NCBI GenBank assembly: GCA_040954595.2
Contig: CM082590.2
Coordinates: 9,388,088 to 9,452,087, forward strand
Source: Balanoglossus misakiensis
Taxonomy: Eukaryota > Animalia > Hemichordata
Length of the DNA: 64,000 nucleotides
Reading direction: 5' to 3'
Shown here: one piece after another, positions 62,336-64,000 of the stretch
How positions within the stretch are numbered: the stretch's first letter is position 1
Layout of the letters: each line of letters begins with the position of its first letter
Notes under the pieces: model-generated
The model's database searches: none
Told to the model about the DNA's origin: nothing
Seen by the model: the letters and a program-made list of their open reading frames with translations, nothing else
Program-made: the position numbers and the translations under genes

Positions 62336-64000
62336 TTGGCGTTACTGTTAATGTTGACAACTGAAAGTTAAGCCCACACAATAAGAACAAATGACAAGTC
62401 CCATCCGCTGTTAACAAAAAATCTCCTGCTGTTCTTGACGTACATATTCGACCTTCATCAGAATCTACAAAGAAGATTTCTTGTTGAAAGAGGTTGATTA
62501 TGCTGAGTCTGTGAGATCAACTGGCGGGGATGTTGGGGACTGCAACGATGTGTTGTGTAGTTGTTATAGTAATTAGTAAGTTTGTCTGTCCAACCAGACT
62601 GTCTGACAGCAAAGGTCATCTGGGTATCACCATGGACGTCCATGGTATCACAGTCTCTCAAGAAAGTCCCTCTTTCTTGAGGGATCCGATTGTGTCAGAG
62701 TGTTAGGAATAAAATGCAGCTTTAGTTAGTAGCATAATGATAATGATATGGGATGTGCCAAGTAATTTTCACACCTCAGGTATTTAGTGGATGTTCTCAT
62801 CATGATTGATATTCCACTTATGGGCCTTGGTTGCTTTGACCTATTTGTTTCTTGCCACGTTTTTATTTGTTTAAAAGTGTTTGACAAATACTGCTCAATT
62901 ACTGACAGAAAATAACATTTCTTGACCTCCTAAGCTGAAGGGAAACCACCGGAAAAACCCTTTGAGATTCCCGGAATTTTAATAGGCTTTGGGAACACGA
63001 CTCAAAACTGGTCGACCTTGTATTTTTGTACCAGGGAGTAACCTCTGAAAAGTAGGAGGATATTTTGGAAAAGCATAAGTTAGCCGATTGATTACATATG
63101 TCATTATACCTTTTATTGCTTGGGTAAACAAAAATTATTTGCACCCATAGAAATGTCAAGTTCCAGGAAAAAATACAAAGAAAATCTATTATTTAGTAAT
63201 CGGTTCTATTGCTTCTGTTTATTCTTGGAATCCATCTCACATGCTGTCGTGTTCAGCTTGAGTGTTCCTGATTGATTTTATTGATTTTGAATTATGCAAG
63301 GGAAAAAAAGCACAAGGGTGAAAAATCTGACACAAAGGGGAACAGAAAAAGCCAATAGTTGATAAAAAAACTGGATGTGACAGAAATGGAAACATGTTCA
63401 TTTGATTGTTAACCCTTTCATCCCCATTTCCCTCTATAGAGGTCCAACTTTACCGTACAAAAGAATGGATTTGGACCAAACCATGGTGGTGAAAGGGTTG
63501 AATGAATGCGTATAGATAACTAGGTACATAAAAGAAGTTAATCATCTTGGTATTTGGATCGCACAAACATTAGAAACACTTCATGACTTATTAGGTAATG
63601 ATCTATTTATCTGGCCAGGGACTGGTGGTGAATGAGATTAGTGTACAGTTCTAAAGTGTTATTTTTCCAATTTGCTAATTGTGAGTTAAAAATTGGTTAG
63701 TTAGTGTTGGCTGATTTCCACTATTGTTCATCCCACCTGGGTCTATATAGTGGCCACTTTGTTACAGTCCCTGTGCAATTTACATGTGCATTAATTGACC
63801 TGTCTATAAAGGCCACCTGTCTATAAAGGCCAGTTTAGGAAAGTCCCTTGACTGGCCAGTATAGACAGGTTGGACTGTATATTATATTAGTTGTACTAGT
63901 CCATGGTTCTTCTGACACGCACCACATTGCCCACATGGCAGGTTGTAATAATCTCATTTGAACTAGCGGTTTATTGGAGCGTTAACATCTGTCAGGCGTG

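Noticed and set aside
62458-63159. Possible minus-strand exons (acceptor-like site at ~63045; ORF 62458-62661)
   Set aside because: There is no recognisable protein and no consistent exon chain; they could be UTR or lncRNA but cannot be supported.

Overview
Gene-dense, intron-rich animal genomic DNA, AT-rich with GT-AG introns; gene content and repeats suggest a marine invertebrate deuterostome (inference). I assembled spliced models by hand, because most entries in the ORF track are exon fragments or noise. Genes in order: YME1L1 (-) head-to-head with KXD1 (+); a small two-TM orphan (-); mitochondrial SHMT2 (-); a GT-B (GT4-like, probably inactive) glycosyltransferase fused to a TRADD-N-like domain (-); NDUFA4/COXFA4 (-, absent from the ORF track) head-to-head with PHF14 (+); an HNMT-like methyltransferase nested antisense in the last PHF14 intron; a stand-alone NHL-repeat protein (+); a WASP-derived protein with four tandem microexon-split CRIB modules, no WH1 and no Trp in its acidic tail (+); and RUNDC3 (-). 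Introns and spacers hold several MITE families (piggyBac-, Kolobok-, Tc1/pogo- and Sola2-like ends), mini- and microsatellites, and a Penelope-type hammerhead core inside a 38-bp inverted repeat. The strongest novelty candidates are the 4xCRIB WASP-like gene, the pseudo-GT/TRADD-N gene, and the SHMT2-NDUFA4-PHF14 block, which may be a pre-vertebrate-duplication neighbourhood. Exon coordinates are manual readings and can be off by a few bases.
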